Shown here: one piece after another, positions 42,330 through 52,784 of the stretch
Numbering within the stretch: the stretch's first letter is position 1
Layout: each line of letters starts with the position of its first letter
From: Nannocystales bacterium
Lineage (GTDB): Bacteria > Myxococcota_A > Polyangia > Nannocystales > Nannocystaceae
Length of the DNA: 64,000 bases
NCBI GenBank assembly: GCA_050633305.1
Contig: JBOEGF010000005.1
Span: forward strand, 320,001 to 384,000
Reading direction: 5' to 3'
Program-made: the position numbers and the translations under genes
Notes under the pieces: generated by a model
Database searches by the model: none
Seen by the model: only the letters and a program-made list of their open reading frames with translations
What the model was told of the DNA's origin: nothing

Positions 42330-44750
42330 CTAGCCGCCGGTCTTGGCGTGGACTTTGTCGATCCGGGCCTGAGCTCTCTTGGAGCCTTTGGCCTTCGCTT
42401 TCTCGTACTGCTCGAGCGCGTCGCGGTAGCGCAGCACCTTGAAGTACGCGTCGCCGAGCTTGAGGCGGTAGCTCTGGTTGGCGGGTGACGCCCGAACGGC
42501 CCGCTCGGCGTATTCGAGCGCCTTCTGGCTCTTTCCGGTATCGAAGTAGACGTCGCTGAGACCCATCAGGGCCTTGGCGTTCTTCCGGTCGAACGAGATC
42601 GCCTGGTTGAACAACGATGATGCTTTGGAGCGCTGACCGGCTCGCAGCGCGGCGAGTCCCTGTTCGGCGAGCTCGGTTGCTTTGTGAGGGTCGCGCTCAG
42701 CCTGGCCGAGGAGCTCGGTGGGGTCCTTGGTCCTCGTTCGACGGGTCTTGCGTGCGCGGTGACCCGTGTTGACAGCCGGCTCCTCGGTCACCTCAACCGG
42801 AGGTTCTTCGGGGGCCGGGTCCAGCGCGAAATCGGCAGGGTCTGGGGTCGGCGGTGCCTTGGTGACCGCCGCGACAAGGGGGTCGACGTCGTCCTGTTGT
42901 GCTTTACGTCGGCGTCTGCCTTTGAGCAGCTTGCGGCCGACCCCGGCACCGACCATGACCATCGAGGGATCGTCCTCGGCCTTGTCCATGATGGCGGCCA
43001 TCTCCGCGAGCTTGGCCTCCTTCTTCTGGGGGTCCTGCTCGACCTCGGCTGCTGCGGCGACGGACATCGCCCGGTCGGCGTTGGTGAAGACGCCTTGCTT
43101 CGCCTTGTCGATGTACATGCCCAGGGCGACGGGCGAGGTCTTCGAGCGCTCGAAGGCGTACTCGTTGGTCTCGTCGAAGACGAGCGCGTAGAAGTAGTAC
43201 TGGCTCGCAAGCCCCTTCGCGTCGCTTTCGTACAGCTCGTCCGCGTACTTGATGAGCGTTGAGGAAAACTCCTTGCGCAGGAGGAGGCCCCGCTCGTCGC
43301 CAAGGTCTTCGGCGCTGCCTTCGAGGTCCTCGAGCTCGAGTACCTTCACATAGGCGCTCGCCTCCGGGTCGTCCTCGGGGGGCACAACCCAGTGGGTGCG
43401 GGAGGCTTCACTGCGTGCCTCGGTCGTCAGACGTTCGACGTCGTCGACCTCCTCCTCCGTCGGTCCGCCGCTTGTCCACAGGAAGAGTCCGAGTCCCGCG
43501 GCGGCGAGCGTGCTGAGCCCTGCGACGACGGGCCAGAGCCAGCTACGGTGGGTGCCTGCGCTGGCGTGCGCCGAAGGCATGCGAGCAGCGATCGCCGCCA
43601 TACGCTCTGGCTCGTCGGGGAGGTCCGGCAGTGGGAGGTCGTCCCAGTCTGTCTGAATCCCCGCGGCGATCTGGGCCTCGCAGAGCGCGGCTTCGAGGTC
43701 CGCGGTGTCGGTGAAGCGGTCGGCGGGGTTTTTCGCCAGGCACCGCATGATGACGTTGTCGAGCGCCGGGTGGATCTCTGCGCCTGGGCGGGCCTGCCTG
43801 GGAGAGATTGGGGTCTCGTGGACCTGCAGCTCCAGCAGGGCCTCGATCGTCTTGGCGTCGAAGGGTGGCTTGCCGACGAGGAACTCGTACGCCATGCAGC
43901 CGACCGCATAGATATCGAGCCGGCCATCGAATGGTTTGGAGAGGATGAGCTCCGGCGCCATGTAGTGGGGCGTGCCAGCCAAGCCGCTGCCTCCCTGAGC
44001 GCTCGCCGCCAACATCGAGGAGATCCCGAAGTCGACGATCTTGATCTGCTCGCGACCGTCGGGCGCCGACGTGGTGAGAATGTTCTCCGGCTTGATGTCT
44101 CGGTGAACGACGCCAGCTCGGTGCGCGACGCCCAGACCCTTGCAGGTCTGCCGCAGGAGCGCGATGAACGTCCCCGGGTCCATGCTGTACTGCTCGTCAG
44201 GCGGCACGAGGTCGTGCCCGTCGAGAAGCTCCATGACGAAGAACAGTCGCCCATCGGACAGCTCGCCAAAGTCGTAGAGGTCGACGAGGTACTGTGAGCC
44301 GAGGCGACCTGCTGCCTTCGCCTCGTCCTTGAAGACCTTGGTCATGTGCGCCTGCTGGCTCAGGTCGAACCGCAGGATCTTCAGCGCCACACGACGCTCG
44401 ATGTCGACATGTTCGGCCTCGTAGACGACGCCCATGCCGCCCTCGCCGAGCCATCGGATGATCTTGTAGCGCGTCCCGGGGATGACCTTTCCCTGGGTCA
44501 GGCGTAGTTTGGCGTCGGAGCCAGGGGTTTGCAGCGCTTCGCCGCCGTGCACGTACGTCCCCACCCGGTTCTCACGGGGAAGGGTCGGGGCGTTGTCGGC
44601 CTGTGGAGGGCCTACCGGACGCGTCGGTCCGGGGGGCGCGGAGGGGGGCACCGCACCCCGGGCGATCTGGGTCGGGGCTCGACCGATGACAGACTGGCTG
44701 GGGTCGGTCGTGTCGGACACGGCCGGTTGTGTCGATGGGCGAGCAGGCAT
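42330..44750 (-). CDS. Ser/Thr kinase with TM and C-terminal TPR repeats
   Basis: GEGGMGVV, VALK, HRDIKPEN, DFG, GTPHYMAPE; TPRs at the C-terminus. Confidence 0.94.
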   Translation of the reverse strand: MPARPSTQPAVSDTTDPSQSVIGRAPTQIARGAVPPSAPPGPTRPVGPPQADNAPTLPRENRVGTYVHGGEALQTPGSDAKLRLTQGKVIPGTRYKIIRWLGEGGMGVVYEAEHVDIERRVALKILRFDLSQQAHMTKVFKDEAKAAGRLGSQYLVDLYDFGELSDGRLFFVMELLDGHDLVPPDEQYSMDPGTFIALLRQTCKGLGVAHRAGVVHRDIKPENILTTSAPDGREQIKIVDFGISSMLAASAQGGSGLAGTPHYMAPELILSKPFDGRLDIYAVGCMAYEFLVGKPPFDAKTIEALLELQVHETPISPRQARPGAEIHPALDNVIMRCLAKNPADRFTDTADLEAALCEAQIAAGIQTDWDDLPLPDLPDEPERMAAIAARMPSAHASAGTHRSWLWPVVAGLSTLAAAGLGLFLWTSGGPTEEEVDDVERLTTEARSEASRTHWVVPPEDDPEASAYVKVLELEDLEGSAEDLGDERGLLLRKEFSSTLIKYADELYESDAKGLASQYYFYALVFDETNEYAFERSKTSPVALGMYIDKAKQGVFTNADRAMSVAAAAEVEQDPQKKEAKLAEMAAIMDKAEDDPSMVMVGAGVGRKLLKGRRRRKAQQDDVDPLVAAVTKAPPTPDPADFALDPAPEEPPVEVTEEPAVNTGHRARKTRRTRTKDPTELLGQAERDPHKATELAEQGLAALRAGQRSKASSLFNQAISFDRKNAKALMGLSDVYFDTGKSQKALEYAERAVRASPANQSYRLKLGDAYFKVLRYRDALEQYEKAKAKGSKRAQARIDKVHAKTGG

Positions 44751-44820
44751 GTCTATCTAAGTGGGCTAGGCCGCCTAATTGTAGGGATCGCCGCCGCGCC
44801 TTTCAAAGATGCGACGCGCG

Positions 44821-45960
44821 CTACAGCTCGGGCTTTGGCGGTGGCAGAGCCTCGTAGACCCCAGCAAGCCCGGAAGACAAGCGTACCGTGCCATCGCGCT
44901 GGATGATCACGGCATCGAGGTCCGGGCGCGATTCCACGAACGCCAGACCCGCTTCGGCACCCATGACCGTGACAGCTGTACAGTACGCGTCGGCTTGGGA
45001 TGCGTCCTTCGCCAGCAGTGTGACGCTTTTGGGACTCTTTCCCTGCTCGATCGGCCATCCGGTTGTCGGGTCCAAGATGTGGGCGTAGCGCCGACCCTCG
45101 TGCTCGAAGAACCGCATGTAGTCGCCCGACGTCACCACGGCGCGTTCCTGGATCGAAAGCACGCCGAGCGAGCCCGAGGTTTCCGGGTCCTTCACGCCGA
45201 CGCGCCACGGGTCGCCGCCCTTCGAACCAGCTGCGTACGTGTCGCCGCCGGCTTCGACAACGTGGTTGGCGAACCCGCGCTCGCGCAGCAGAGCCGACGC
45301 TCGGTCGACTGCGTAGCCTTTTGCGATGGCCCCGAGCCCAATCTTCATCCCGGAGGTGGGAAGCCGAGCTGTGCGTGCATCAGAGTCGAGTTCCACCGCT
45401 GCGCCGTCGACCGATGGAAGTGCGGCCTCGATTTGCTCAGCGCTCGGAGGTGTCGATCCGGCCTTGAAACTCCATAGGTGCCCAACGCCGTGAAACGTGA
45501 CGTCGAAGGTCCCGCGGGTCTCGGCGTGAATGCGTTTGGAGAGCTCCAGAACCTCGAACAGCTCCTTGGAAACCAGCATCGCGGCGCCGCCGGCCCCCTC
45601 GTTGAGGCGCGAGAGCTCGGTGTTGGGTTTCCACTCGCTCATCAGGCCCTCGATGCGGGCCATCTCGGCGAGCGCGTCCTGCATGGCGATGCCCGCTTTC
45701 TTGGCGTCTCCTTGCGGTCCAACGAAGACGTTGAGGGACACCGTGGTGCCCATCAGCTCGGACGTGCCGAACATGGTCCCGTCGCGTCGCACAGGAGGGG
45801 TGCCCTCCTGCGGCGCATTGATGTCGGGCGGCGCCTTGGAGGGCGCGTTCCCTGCCGCATGCCGGGCCGAAGTTTCGGGCAAGGGCTGGGGCTTCGGTGC
45901 CTCGGACTTGGAGCATGCGCTCAACAACGGCACTGCGAGCAGGACAGCAAACGATCTCAC
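44821..45960 (-). CDS. apbE: FAD:protein FMN transferase lipoprotein
   Basis: Lipobox LSAC, MGT, GAIAKGYAVD, VTSGDY, HILDPTTG, ADAYCTA. Confidence 0.95.
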   Translation of the reverse strand: MRSFAVLLAVPLLSACSKSEAPKPQPLPETSARHAAGNAPSKAPPDINAPQEGTPPVRRDGTMFGTSELMGTTVSLNVFVGPQGDAKKAGIAMQDALAEMARIEGLMSEWKPNTELSRLNEGAGGAAMLVSKELFEVLELSKRIHAETRGTFDVTFHGVGHLWSFKAGSTPPSAEQIEAALPSVDGAAVELDSDARTARLPTSGMKIGLGAIAKGYAVDRASALLRERGFANHVVEAGGDTYAAGSKGGDPWRVGVKDPETSGSLGVLSIQERAVVTSGDYMRFFEHEGRRYAHILDPTTGWPIEQGKSPKSVTLLAKDASQADAYCTAVTVMGAEAGLAFVESRPDLDAVIIQRDGTVRLSSGLAGVYEALPPPKPEL

Positions 45961-47297
45961 GGTTCTTTTTTCTTGCCGACGCCAGGCGGAGGCGGTGGAG
46001 GGCTGGGCCGCGGGGGCGGCAACAGAGCCTTGATCCGTTTGAGGGTCTCGCCGGGCCGGTGGGCGTCGACGTGGACCAACTCGACTTCTTCGTCGTCGAG
46101 CTCCTCGACCGCATCGCCAACCACCGCCTGGTTGGAGTCGAACTCCAGCACCTGATCGAGCAGGGCGTCGAGGTTGGTATCGTTGCTCGGGTCGGGTGAT
46201 GGGTCGTCGAGCAGGGCCCTGATCGCGTCGTTTTCTGCGGCCTCGGAGCGGATGATCTTCCGTGGGGCCGTGATGCTTTCATCCGAGCTGTTGCCAGCCG
46301 GTGTGGCGCTGCTCTCGTCCGCATCGAAGTCGACGTCGAGTTCCGCTGCCGCGGTGTCGTCGGGCAGGGTGCCGGCCTCAGCTTGCGACCACAAGGTGTC
46401 CAAGCCGGGGAACCTGCGCCAGTACCGAGCGCCGGGGAGCACCCGCGGGTCCTCCCCCTCCATGGGCCGCTGCACGATGATGGCGCCCGCGACCGCGCTG
46501 ACCGTGAACAGCCCCGACGCGCAGTAGGCATCGATCGCCTCCTTGAACCGGAAGAAGGCTTGCTGCGGGTCCCCATCGCCGGAGACGACGGCTTTCCACA
46601 GTCGAAGCGGTCCCAGCTCGACCAGCGGAGAGAACAGGAACTCGCGTCCTGAGCCGAACAGCAGGGCGAAACGTTCCTGCTCGACGACGTAGTGGGCCGG
46701 GGTGAGCTGAAGGCGTGCCAGGGCTTGCGCGATCGCCGGGCCGGTTGGCCGCAGATTGGCCATCCGTCTCAGTCGGTTCTGCGCGTCGTCGAGCCCTTCG
46801 TCCCGGAGAACCTCGCGCAGGAGGTCTTCGGCTTCGGACCACGTCCCGTACATCGGGAGCGTGGCCATCAAGGTGCCGCCGGGCTTGGTGACGCGGAGCA
46901 GGCCTTCGAGGGCGTCGCCCAGGTCGTGGGCCTCGCGGAGCACGAGGTTGGCCACGACCAGGTCGTACAGCGAGTCGCCCATGTCGGCAACGGCCGCCGC
47001 GTCCTCAGCCTTGAGATAGACTCGGTTTTTCCACTCGGGTGCGATCTTGCTCTTGGCAAGGGCGCGCATGGCCTCCTGCGGCTCGAGTCCGAGGACGCGG
47101 ACGTTCGCAGGGAGGCGAGTGAGGAGCTGCTCGATCGTGTTGCCGACGCCGCTGTGGATGTCGAGCACCATGCCCTCCCGCAGGGGCGGCAGGTGACGCC
47201 ACAGGAGCCGTGCAAACCGCTCGTTCCAAACGGGGCCGACCTCGCGTTCGACCAAGCGCGCGACCTTTTGCTCGCGCAGGTTGGTAGCGATGGCCAC
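45957..47297 (-). CDS. Class I SAM-methyltransferase-like protein with acidic and Pro-rich tail
   Basis: VLDIHSGVG, YDLVVAN, RVTKPGG. Confidence 0.8.
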   Translation of the reverse strand: MAIATNLREQKVARLVEREVGPVWNERFARLLWRHLPPLREGMVLDIHSGVGNTIEQLLTRLPANVRVLGLEPQEAMRALAKSKIAPEWKNRVYLKAEDAAAVADMGDSLYDLVVANLVLREAHDLGDALEGLLRVTKPGGTLMATLPMYGTWSEAEDLLREVLRDEGLDDAQNRLRRMANLRPTGPAIAQALARLQLTPAHYVVEQERFALLFGSGREFLFSPLVELGPLRLWKAVVSGDGDPQQAFFRFKEAIDAYCASGLFTVSAVAGAIIVQRPMEGEDPRVLPGARYWRRFPGLDTLWSQAEAGTLPDDTAAAELDVDFDADESSATPAGNSSDESITAPRKIIRSEAAENDAIRALLDDPSPDPSNDTNLDALLDQVLEFDSNQAVVGDAVEELDDEEVELVHVDAHRPGETLKRIKALLPPPRPSPPPPPPGVGKKKEP

Positions 47298-47303
47298 GAG
47301 TCT

Positions 47304-48467
47304 CTACTCCGGCACCATCAGGATGCTGAGTTCGATTCCGCCGTCGCCGTTGGCGCGGACGTTCTGCCCACCGTCGCAGGGACCGTCTGTGTTCGAGAGG
47401 CAGTAGTCCAGGCCGATGTTGACGGTCCACGGCCGGTCTCGGAACGCTTCGTCGACCTGGGGGCCGCCGATGGTCAGACCGTGGGTGAAGCCTTCGGGAC
47501 CGCCTGCTCCGCTTGCGATCGTTGCGTTGGTGATTTGGAACGTGTCTGCGTCGAACGGCGAGGCGTTGATGTTGAACGCAAACCCGAAGAAGCAGCTCGA
47601 GCCGCAGTCGTCGGGTGAGGTGATCGTGAACAACGGGTCGTCGTCGACCCCGACCGAAAGGGCGGCGCCGGGATTGAACGTCCGGAAGATCGGGACGAGC
47701 GTGCTGTCGACCCCGTCGTCGCTGAGGTCGGAGTGGTCGACGGCGACGTCGTAGCCACCGGGTTCATCGTTGGTGACGCAGTACGGGACGAACACCTCGG
47801 CCCCGGATTGGCTTCCTCGGACGATGAACACCCAGGTGCCGAAACGGTCTTCGGTCACCGAGCCTTCGATGGCGCAGGTCTCCGCGTTGACCGAGATGCC
47901 GGCGGGGCGGCGCCCGTTTCCGGTCCCGCCATCGCTGCTGCATCGGATGGGCGTGCCATCGCCCGTGCCGTCGACAACCAGGTCGAGCAGGGTCTCCTCA
48001 CCCGGTCGCAGGCAGAACGGGACCTCGCCGACGGCCAGCGCCTGATCGACGTCGAGACCCTCGTTGATCACGATGTCGCAGGTGGTCGCGGCCATGCCCG
48101 TGCTGTCCATCACGGTGAAGTCGACCGAGGTCGTCGCCGCGGTGGTGGGTGTGCCCGTGATCCGACCGGAGCGCTCGTCGATCTCCAGGCCTTCGGGAAG
48201 CGTCTCCGCGATCCAGGTGCGAGACCCGTCGTCCATCGCCGACACCTCGGGGGTGAAGTCGTAGTCGGCACCGACCGCGCCCTCGGGGAATGCATCGCAG
48301 TCGAGGTCGAGGTCCCCGGCGGTGTCATTACCGGCGGTGATCGAGGGCTCGGAGTAGGCGTCTGGAGCGTCGAGATCGCTCGTGCACGCACCAAGGAGTC
48401 CGGCTGCGAACAGAGCAAGCCCGGCAGCGGGTCGAGCGAGGAGGGTGGCGTCAACGCGTGGGCGCAT
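47304..48467 (-). CDS. Lipoprotein with putative Ig (He_PIG) domains
   Basis: Lipobox LGAC; LPEGLEIDERSGRITGTPT. Confidence 0.8.
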   Translation of the reverse strand: MRPRVDATLLARPAAGLALFAAGLLGACTSDLDAPDAYSEPSITAGNDTAGDLDLDCDAFPEGAVGADYDFTPEVSAMDDGSRTWIAETLPEGLEIDERSGRITGTPTTAATTSVDFTVMDSTGMAATTCDIVINEGLDVDQALAVGEVPFCLRPGEETLLDLVVDGTGDGTPIRCSSDGGTGNGRRPAGISVNAETCAIEGSVTEDRFGTWVFIVRGSQSGAEVFVPYCVTNDEPGGYDVAVDHSDLSDDGVDSTLVPIFRTFNPGAALSVGVDDDPLFTITSPDDCGSSCFFGFAFNINASPFDADTFQITNATIASGAGGPEGFTHGLTIGGPQVDEAFRDRPWTVNIGLDYCLSNTDGPCDGGQNVRANGDGGIELSILMVPE

Positions 48468-48508
48468 GGCGAAAAACCGGAGTGAACCCTAACACGACGG
48501 GGGCAGCT

Positions 48509-49927
48509 CTATGAAGCGGGGGTGCCGACCGCGGCTTCGACGTCAGCGATCTCTTTCGGGATCGCGGCGCTGAGGATCTCTGGCTCAGCGTCCGTACACA
48601 GCACATCGTCCTCGATGCGGATGCCACGGACGTCTGCGAACCGGGCCAGCGCTTCTTTGTTCAGGGTGCCGTCGGCCAGGAACGGGCCAGCGATCCGCTC
48701 GCTCTCAAGGATGGCGGGGACGAGGTAGATGCCCGGTTCGATGGTGACGACCATGCCGGGTTCCAGGTCCCGGTCGAGGCGGAGGAATCCCAGACCGAAC
48801 TGATCGCTGCGGGTACGACCTTGTGCGTATCCGGCCCGATCGCCGAGGTCCTCCATGTCGTGCACGTCGAGGCCCAGGACATGTCCCACGCCGTGCGGGA
48901 AGAGCAAGGCATGGGCTCCTCGCTCGACGAGGCCCTCGGGATCTCCACGGAGGATGCCTTCGTCGACGAGGCCGCGGGCCAGCACGAGGCTCGCGTGCAG
49001 GTGAATGTCGCGGTAGCGGGCGCCCGGTTTGACCATGGCGCAGGCTTCCTTCTCGGCTTGAAGCACGATGTCGTACAGGGCTCGTTGCGTCGCGCTGAAC
49101 CTCCCTTGTACGGGCCACGTGCGGGTGACGTCACTGGCCCAGCCGCGGTGCTCGCCGCCAAGGTCGGCGAGCAGCAGGTCCGAGGGCCCGAGACGATGGT
49201 GGTACTCGGTGTTGTGCAGGACCTCGCCGTGGACTGTGACGATGCTGCCGTACGCGGGCTCGCACCCGCGAGCGAGAAGCTCGCGTTCCATCGCCGCGCG
49301 AATGTCGTGCTCGAGCAAGCCTGGTTTGGTGACCGCCATACCGGCCCGGTGCGCAGCGGTCGTGGCCTCGACGGCCGAGCGGATCATGTCGATCGCGCCG
49401 GGGTCGTGGCGGAGTCGAAGCTCGATCATCGCATCGGCGAGCGTGAGGTCGAGTTCGTCCAGGTTGTCGACGGACGGTGCTCGGGCCGGGTCCCACGTCC
49501 GGCCGAGCAGCGCGCACTGTTTTGCCCGAGTCTGAGGGTCCGCGGAGGGCAGGGTGCCGATCTCGCCAGCGGCTTGCAGCGCGTCGGTCAACTCGCTCAA
49601 CGGGCGGACCGCGTCGACGCCGGTCGCCTTGCCGATGGCTGCGAGGGAGGGCGAGGCGCCGTGCCACAGCGCGTCGTCGGCATCGGGCGGGATGATGAAC
49701 AGCTCGCAGCGGCCCGCGTGCAGGATCAGCGCAGCCTCGGGCATGCCGGCACCGACCAGATACAAAAAGTGTGAGTCGGCCCGGTACGGGTAGACGTTGG
49801 CAGGGTAGTTCCGCGAGCGTTGCCCCCCGGAGAAGATGACGGCGGCCTGGTTCCCCAGCGCGCTGCAAAGCGCGGAGCGGCGGTTGGAGAAGACTTGGGG
49901 CGACTGCACCGGAAGCTGGCCCGACAT
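48509..49927 (-). CDS. pepP: Xaa-Pro aminopeptidase (M24B)
   Basis: SDVTRTWP, HGVGHVLGLDVHD, TIEPGIY, GIRIEDD. Confidence 0.95.
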   Translation of the reverse strand: MSGQLPVQSPQVFSNRRSALCSALGNQAAVIFSGGQRSRNYPANVYPYRADSHFLYLVGAGMPEAALILHAGRCELFIIPPDADDALWHGASPSLAAIGKATGVDAVRPLSELTDALQAAGEIGTLPSADPQTRAKQCALLGRTWDPARAPSVDNLDELDLTLADAMIELRLRHDPGAIDMIRSAVEATTAAHRAGMAVTKPGLLEHDIRAAMERELLARGCEPAYGSIVTVHGEVLHNTEYHHRLGPSDLLLADLGGEHRGWASDVTRTWPVQGRFSATQRALYDIVLQAEKEACAMVKPGARYRDIHLHASLVLARGLVDEGILRGDPEGLVERGAHALLFPHGVGHVLGLDVHDMEDLGDRAGYAQGRTRSDQFGLGFLRLDRDLEPGMVVTIEPGIYLVPAILESERIAGPFLADGTLNKEALARFADVRGIRIEDDVLCTDAEPEILSAAIPKEIADVEAAVGTPAS

Positions 49928-50096
49928 GCGGTGAGAATACTTGGTTCGTCCGAGGTGCGACGATCGGTTTGAATTCGAGCCGCAACGGACGCCTATGGGG
50001 ACGTACTGTGCGGGTCGCCGCAGTTCGAGCGCTGCTCTGCGCCATCGCTCGGTGGGGTTTTCCGCCCGAGGCGCCAGACTGTTACCCTCCCGCCCC

Positions 50097-51551
50097 GTGA
50101 GCGAGCCGTCTGACGCGTCGCCAAAGAGCGAAGAAGCCCCGACCGCGCCCCCGCTGCGGTCCGGCTTTCTGTCGCGTCTCCCACCGGACCGTCGCTTCCT
50201 GCTGCTGTTGCTGGTGCTGGGCCTCGCGAGCCGCTTCGCGTGGGTCCTGTGGATTCACCCGCCGGTGGATTACGTGTTCTCGGACATGGCCAAGTATGTC
50301 CACCGTGCCCAGGCGCTGGCCGAAGATGGGTTCGTTTGGGGCGATCGCACGCTTGCTTGGCAAGCTTGGGGCACGCACTACATCCTCGCGATTCCCCTGC
50401 GGCTGTTCGGCAAGGACAACCTCGTCGCGGGCTCGGTGTTGTGGGGGATGATGGGCGCGCTGACCGTGCCGCTGGCGTACCTCGTCGGCTGCCGGGTTTG
50501 CAGTACGCCGCTGCTGGCGAAGATCGTTGGCGTGGCGGCGTTGGTATGGCTGCCCAGTCTGAGCAACTCGGGCAGCTTCCTCTCGGAGACCCCGTTTCTG
50601 TTCTTTCAGTTGTGGTCGACGTACTGGCTGCTGTGCACGCTGCAAGACGGCAAGCGGGCGCTGGGGGCCGGTCTCGTGTCGGCCGTGGCTCTGGCGGTGC
50701 GTCCTCAGAGCGCGCTGTTCTTCCTACTGGTGTTCATCGCGTGGTTGGTCAACATCAAGCGGCTTCGTCACGTCCGATGGTTTCACCTCGTGGCGATCGC
50801 CGCTCCGATCATCGCGATGCTCGGGTTCTCGATGTGGCGGTTCGAGCAGCACACCGGGTACGGCCCCGGCGTCGCGGAGAACGCCAACATGAACCTGACG
50901 GCGGCGCGATGTCACAACATCGTCACGCAGGCCTTCCGGACCGAGGCGCACAAGAAGCGGAGCGAGCGGCGTAAGAACACGCGAGATGGACGAAGGGTGA
51001 GCCTGCCGGGCTATCGGCTCATCGCGAAGAGAGTCCCCGACGACAGTCTTCTCGGGCTTCGGCCGGCCCTGGGCGGCCAGACCATTCGTATGGTTGGCTA
51101 CATCGGTGACCCGGAGATCCACCGGGAGATTCGCAATGAATGTTACGAGCAGACGGGCGTCGTCGAACAAGTCCGCTACAGCATGGTGAACATGTCCCTG
51201 CTGTGGTTTGTCGGACAGCAGTGGCCCGAGAAGGAGAAGGGGCGCAAGTGGTTCTTGCCGCCCGTGGAGGGGTTCAAGCACCTCTACCAAGTGGCGATCT
51301 GGATCCCCTCGCTCATCGGCATGGTCTGGTTCATGGTGTGGATTCGGCGCCGGCCGTCGATGTCGCTCATCGCGTTCCAGACCTTCACCTCGACGGCGAT
51401 CGCGGGGTTGTTCTTCGGGTCGATTCGGCTGCGAACCCCGTACGACATCTACGCGATCATTCTGGCTGCCGAGGTCTTCGCTGTGGTGTACGTGCGTGTG
51501 CAGGCATATCGTGCTGCGGCGGCACTCAAAGCCGAAGCTGAATCCGAGTGA
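50097..51551 (+). CDS. GT-C fold (ArnT/PMT-like) membrane glycosyltransferase
   Basis: FSDM..Y first loop, FLSETP, LAVRP, multiple TMs, R.R.P near the C-terminus. Confidence 0.75.
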   Translation: MSEPSDASPKSEEAPTAPPLRSGFLSRLPPDRRFLLLLLVLGLASRFAWVLWIHPPVDYVFSDMAKYVHRAQALAEDGFVWGDRTLAWQAWGTHYILAIPLRLFGKDNLVAGSVLWGMMGALTVPLAYLVGCRVCSTPLLAKIVGVAALVWLPSLSNSGSFLSETPFLFFQLWSTYWLLCTLQDGKRALGAGLVSAVALAVRPQSALFFLLVFIAWLVNIKRLRHVRWFHLVAIAAPIIAMLGFSMWRFEQHTGYGPGVAENANMNLTAARCHNIVTQAFRTEAHKKRSERRKNTRDGRRVSLPGYRLIAKRVPDDSLLGLRPALGGQTIRMVGYIGDPEIHREIRNECYEQTGVVEQVRYSMVNMSLLWFVGQQWPEKEKGRKWFLPPVEGFKHLYQVAIWIPSLIGMVWFMVWIRRRPSMSLIAFQTFTSTAIAGLFFGSIRLRTPYDIYAIILAAEVFAVVYVRVQAYRAAAALKAEAESE

Positions 51552-52165
51552 GGCACATGCGCCTTCGAATCCATCCTGAACGCCCCGCGCCGCGGAAGCT
51601 CGCACCGGCCATCGACGCCTTGCGCCGGGGCAGTGTCATCATCTACCCGACCGATACCGGCTATGCATTCGGCTGCGCCATGTCGAGCATCAAGGGCATC
51701 GCGGCGCTCCGAAAGCTCAAGGGCATTCACGAGAAACACGCAAAGCCGCTGACCATGCTCGTCAACGACCTGTCGCAGATCGGTCGCTACGGACACATGG
51801 GCAACAAGCACTTTCGTGTGGTCCGGCGTCTTCTGCCCGGGCCCTACACGATGATTCTTCCCGCGACGCAGGACATCCCGCGCAGCATGAAGAACCGCAA
51901 CCACGAGGTCGGGCTTCGCATGCCCAACTCTGCGATCTGCACCATGCTGGTCGACTTGCTCGAGGAGCCGCTGCTGACCGGATCCGTCACGCCCGGGGAG
52001 AGCGAGCCCGAACTCGAAGAGCCCGAAGACTTCGAGCGAATCCATGGCCGGGACGTCTCCGTGATCATCGACGCGGGTCCGCTATGGCCCGAGCCGAGCA
52101 CGGTCCTCCGGCTCTTCGACGACCAGATCGAAGTGCTCCGCGAAGGCCAGGGCGAGGTGCCCTGA
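51548..52165 (+). CDS. Sua5/YrdC/YciO family protein (YciO-like)
   Basis: IHPERP, YPTDTGY, LPGPYT, GLRMP, EPSTV. Confidence 0.9.
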   Translation: MRHMRLRIHPERPAPRKLAPAIDALRRGSVIIYPTDTGYAFGCAMSSIKGIAALRKLKGIHEKHAKPLTMLVNDLSQIGRYGHMGNKHFRVVRRLLPGPYTMILPATQDIPRSMKNRNHEVGLRMPNSAICTMLVDLLEEPLLTGSVTPGESEPELEEPEDFERIHGRDVSVIIDAGPLWPEPSTVLRLFDDQIEVLREGQGEVP

Positions 52166-52176
52166 CCCTCTGCGAT

Positions 52177-52779
52177 CTATTCGACCTCGTGGGCCAAGCG
52201 CCGGATTCGTTCCATGCGCTTTTCCATCAGGGTGAGCTTGTCGGGGAGGATCGTCGCGATGAGTTTGTCGAAGCCCAGCGAGAAGAAGAAGTTGAGGTTG
52301 CGGAGCAGCCACAGGTCCAGCTGGGCCCGCTTGGCTTCGGGACCCACGCCGAACGTGAGGGGCTCCAGTTCTTCCACGCGGACATCGACCGCACCTCGGA
52401 ATCCGTGAACGGCGACCGGATCCAAGTCGGTGTGTAGGAACAGACAGATCCCCAGCCGGAGCATCTCCCGGTAGACCCGCAGCTGCCCGTCGAGCATCGC
52501 GAGGGCGGTCTTGACCGCGTCGGCATCGGTCATCGACTCTTCGAACCGATAGGCGCCGTCACCGATGGGTGCGCGTGCGCGAAAGATACAGACGGAGGCG
52601 GCTGCGGACCGAGCGTCGCGGGCTCCGTCGAGGATACGCTGGTCCGACTCGGACATGCCTACATCCGCGGGCGCGCGGTCCCGCGCAGACACGACGACGT
52701 CTTCAAGCGGGGTGATCACCAGGGCGGTCCGAGGTCCGCCAGGCGTCTCGATCTCAAGCGTGTCGAAGTCCATACTCAT
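52177..52779 (-). CDS. Hypothetical protein
   Basis: Open 200-aa frame downstream of the lipoprotein gene, with typical codon use. Confidence 0.65.
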   Translation of the reverse strand: MSMDFDTLEIETPGGPRTALVITPLEDVVVSARDRAPADVGMSESDQRILDGARDARSAAASVCIFRARAPIGDGAYRFEESMTDADAVKTALAMLDGQLRVYREMLRLGICLFLHTDLDPVAVHGFRGAVDVRVEELEPLTFGVGPEAKRAQLDLWLLRNLNFFFSLGFDKLIATILPDKLTLMEKRMERIRRLAHEVE

Positions 52780-52784
52780 CGGCG

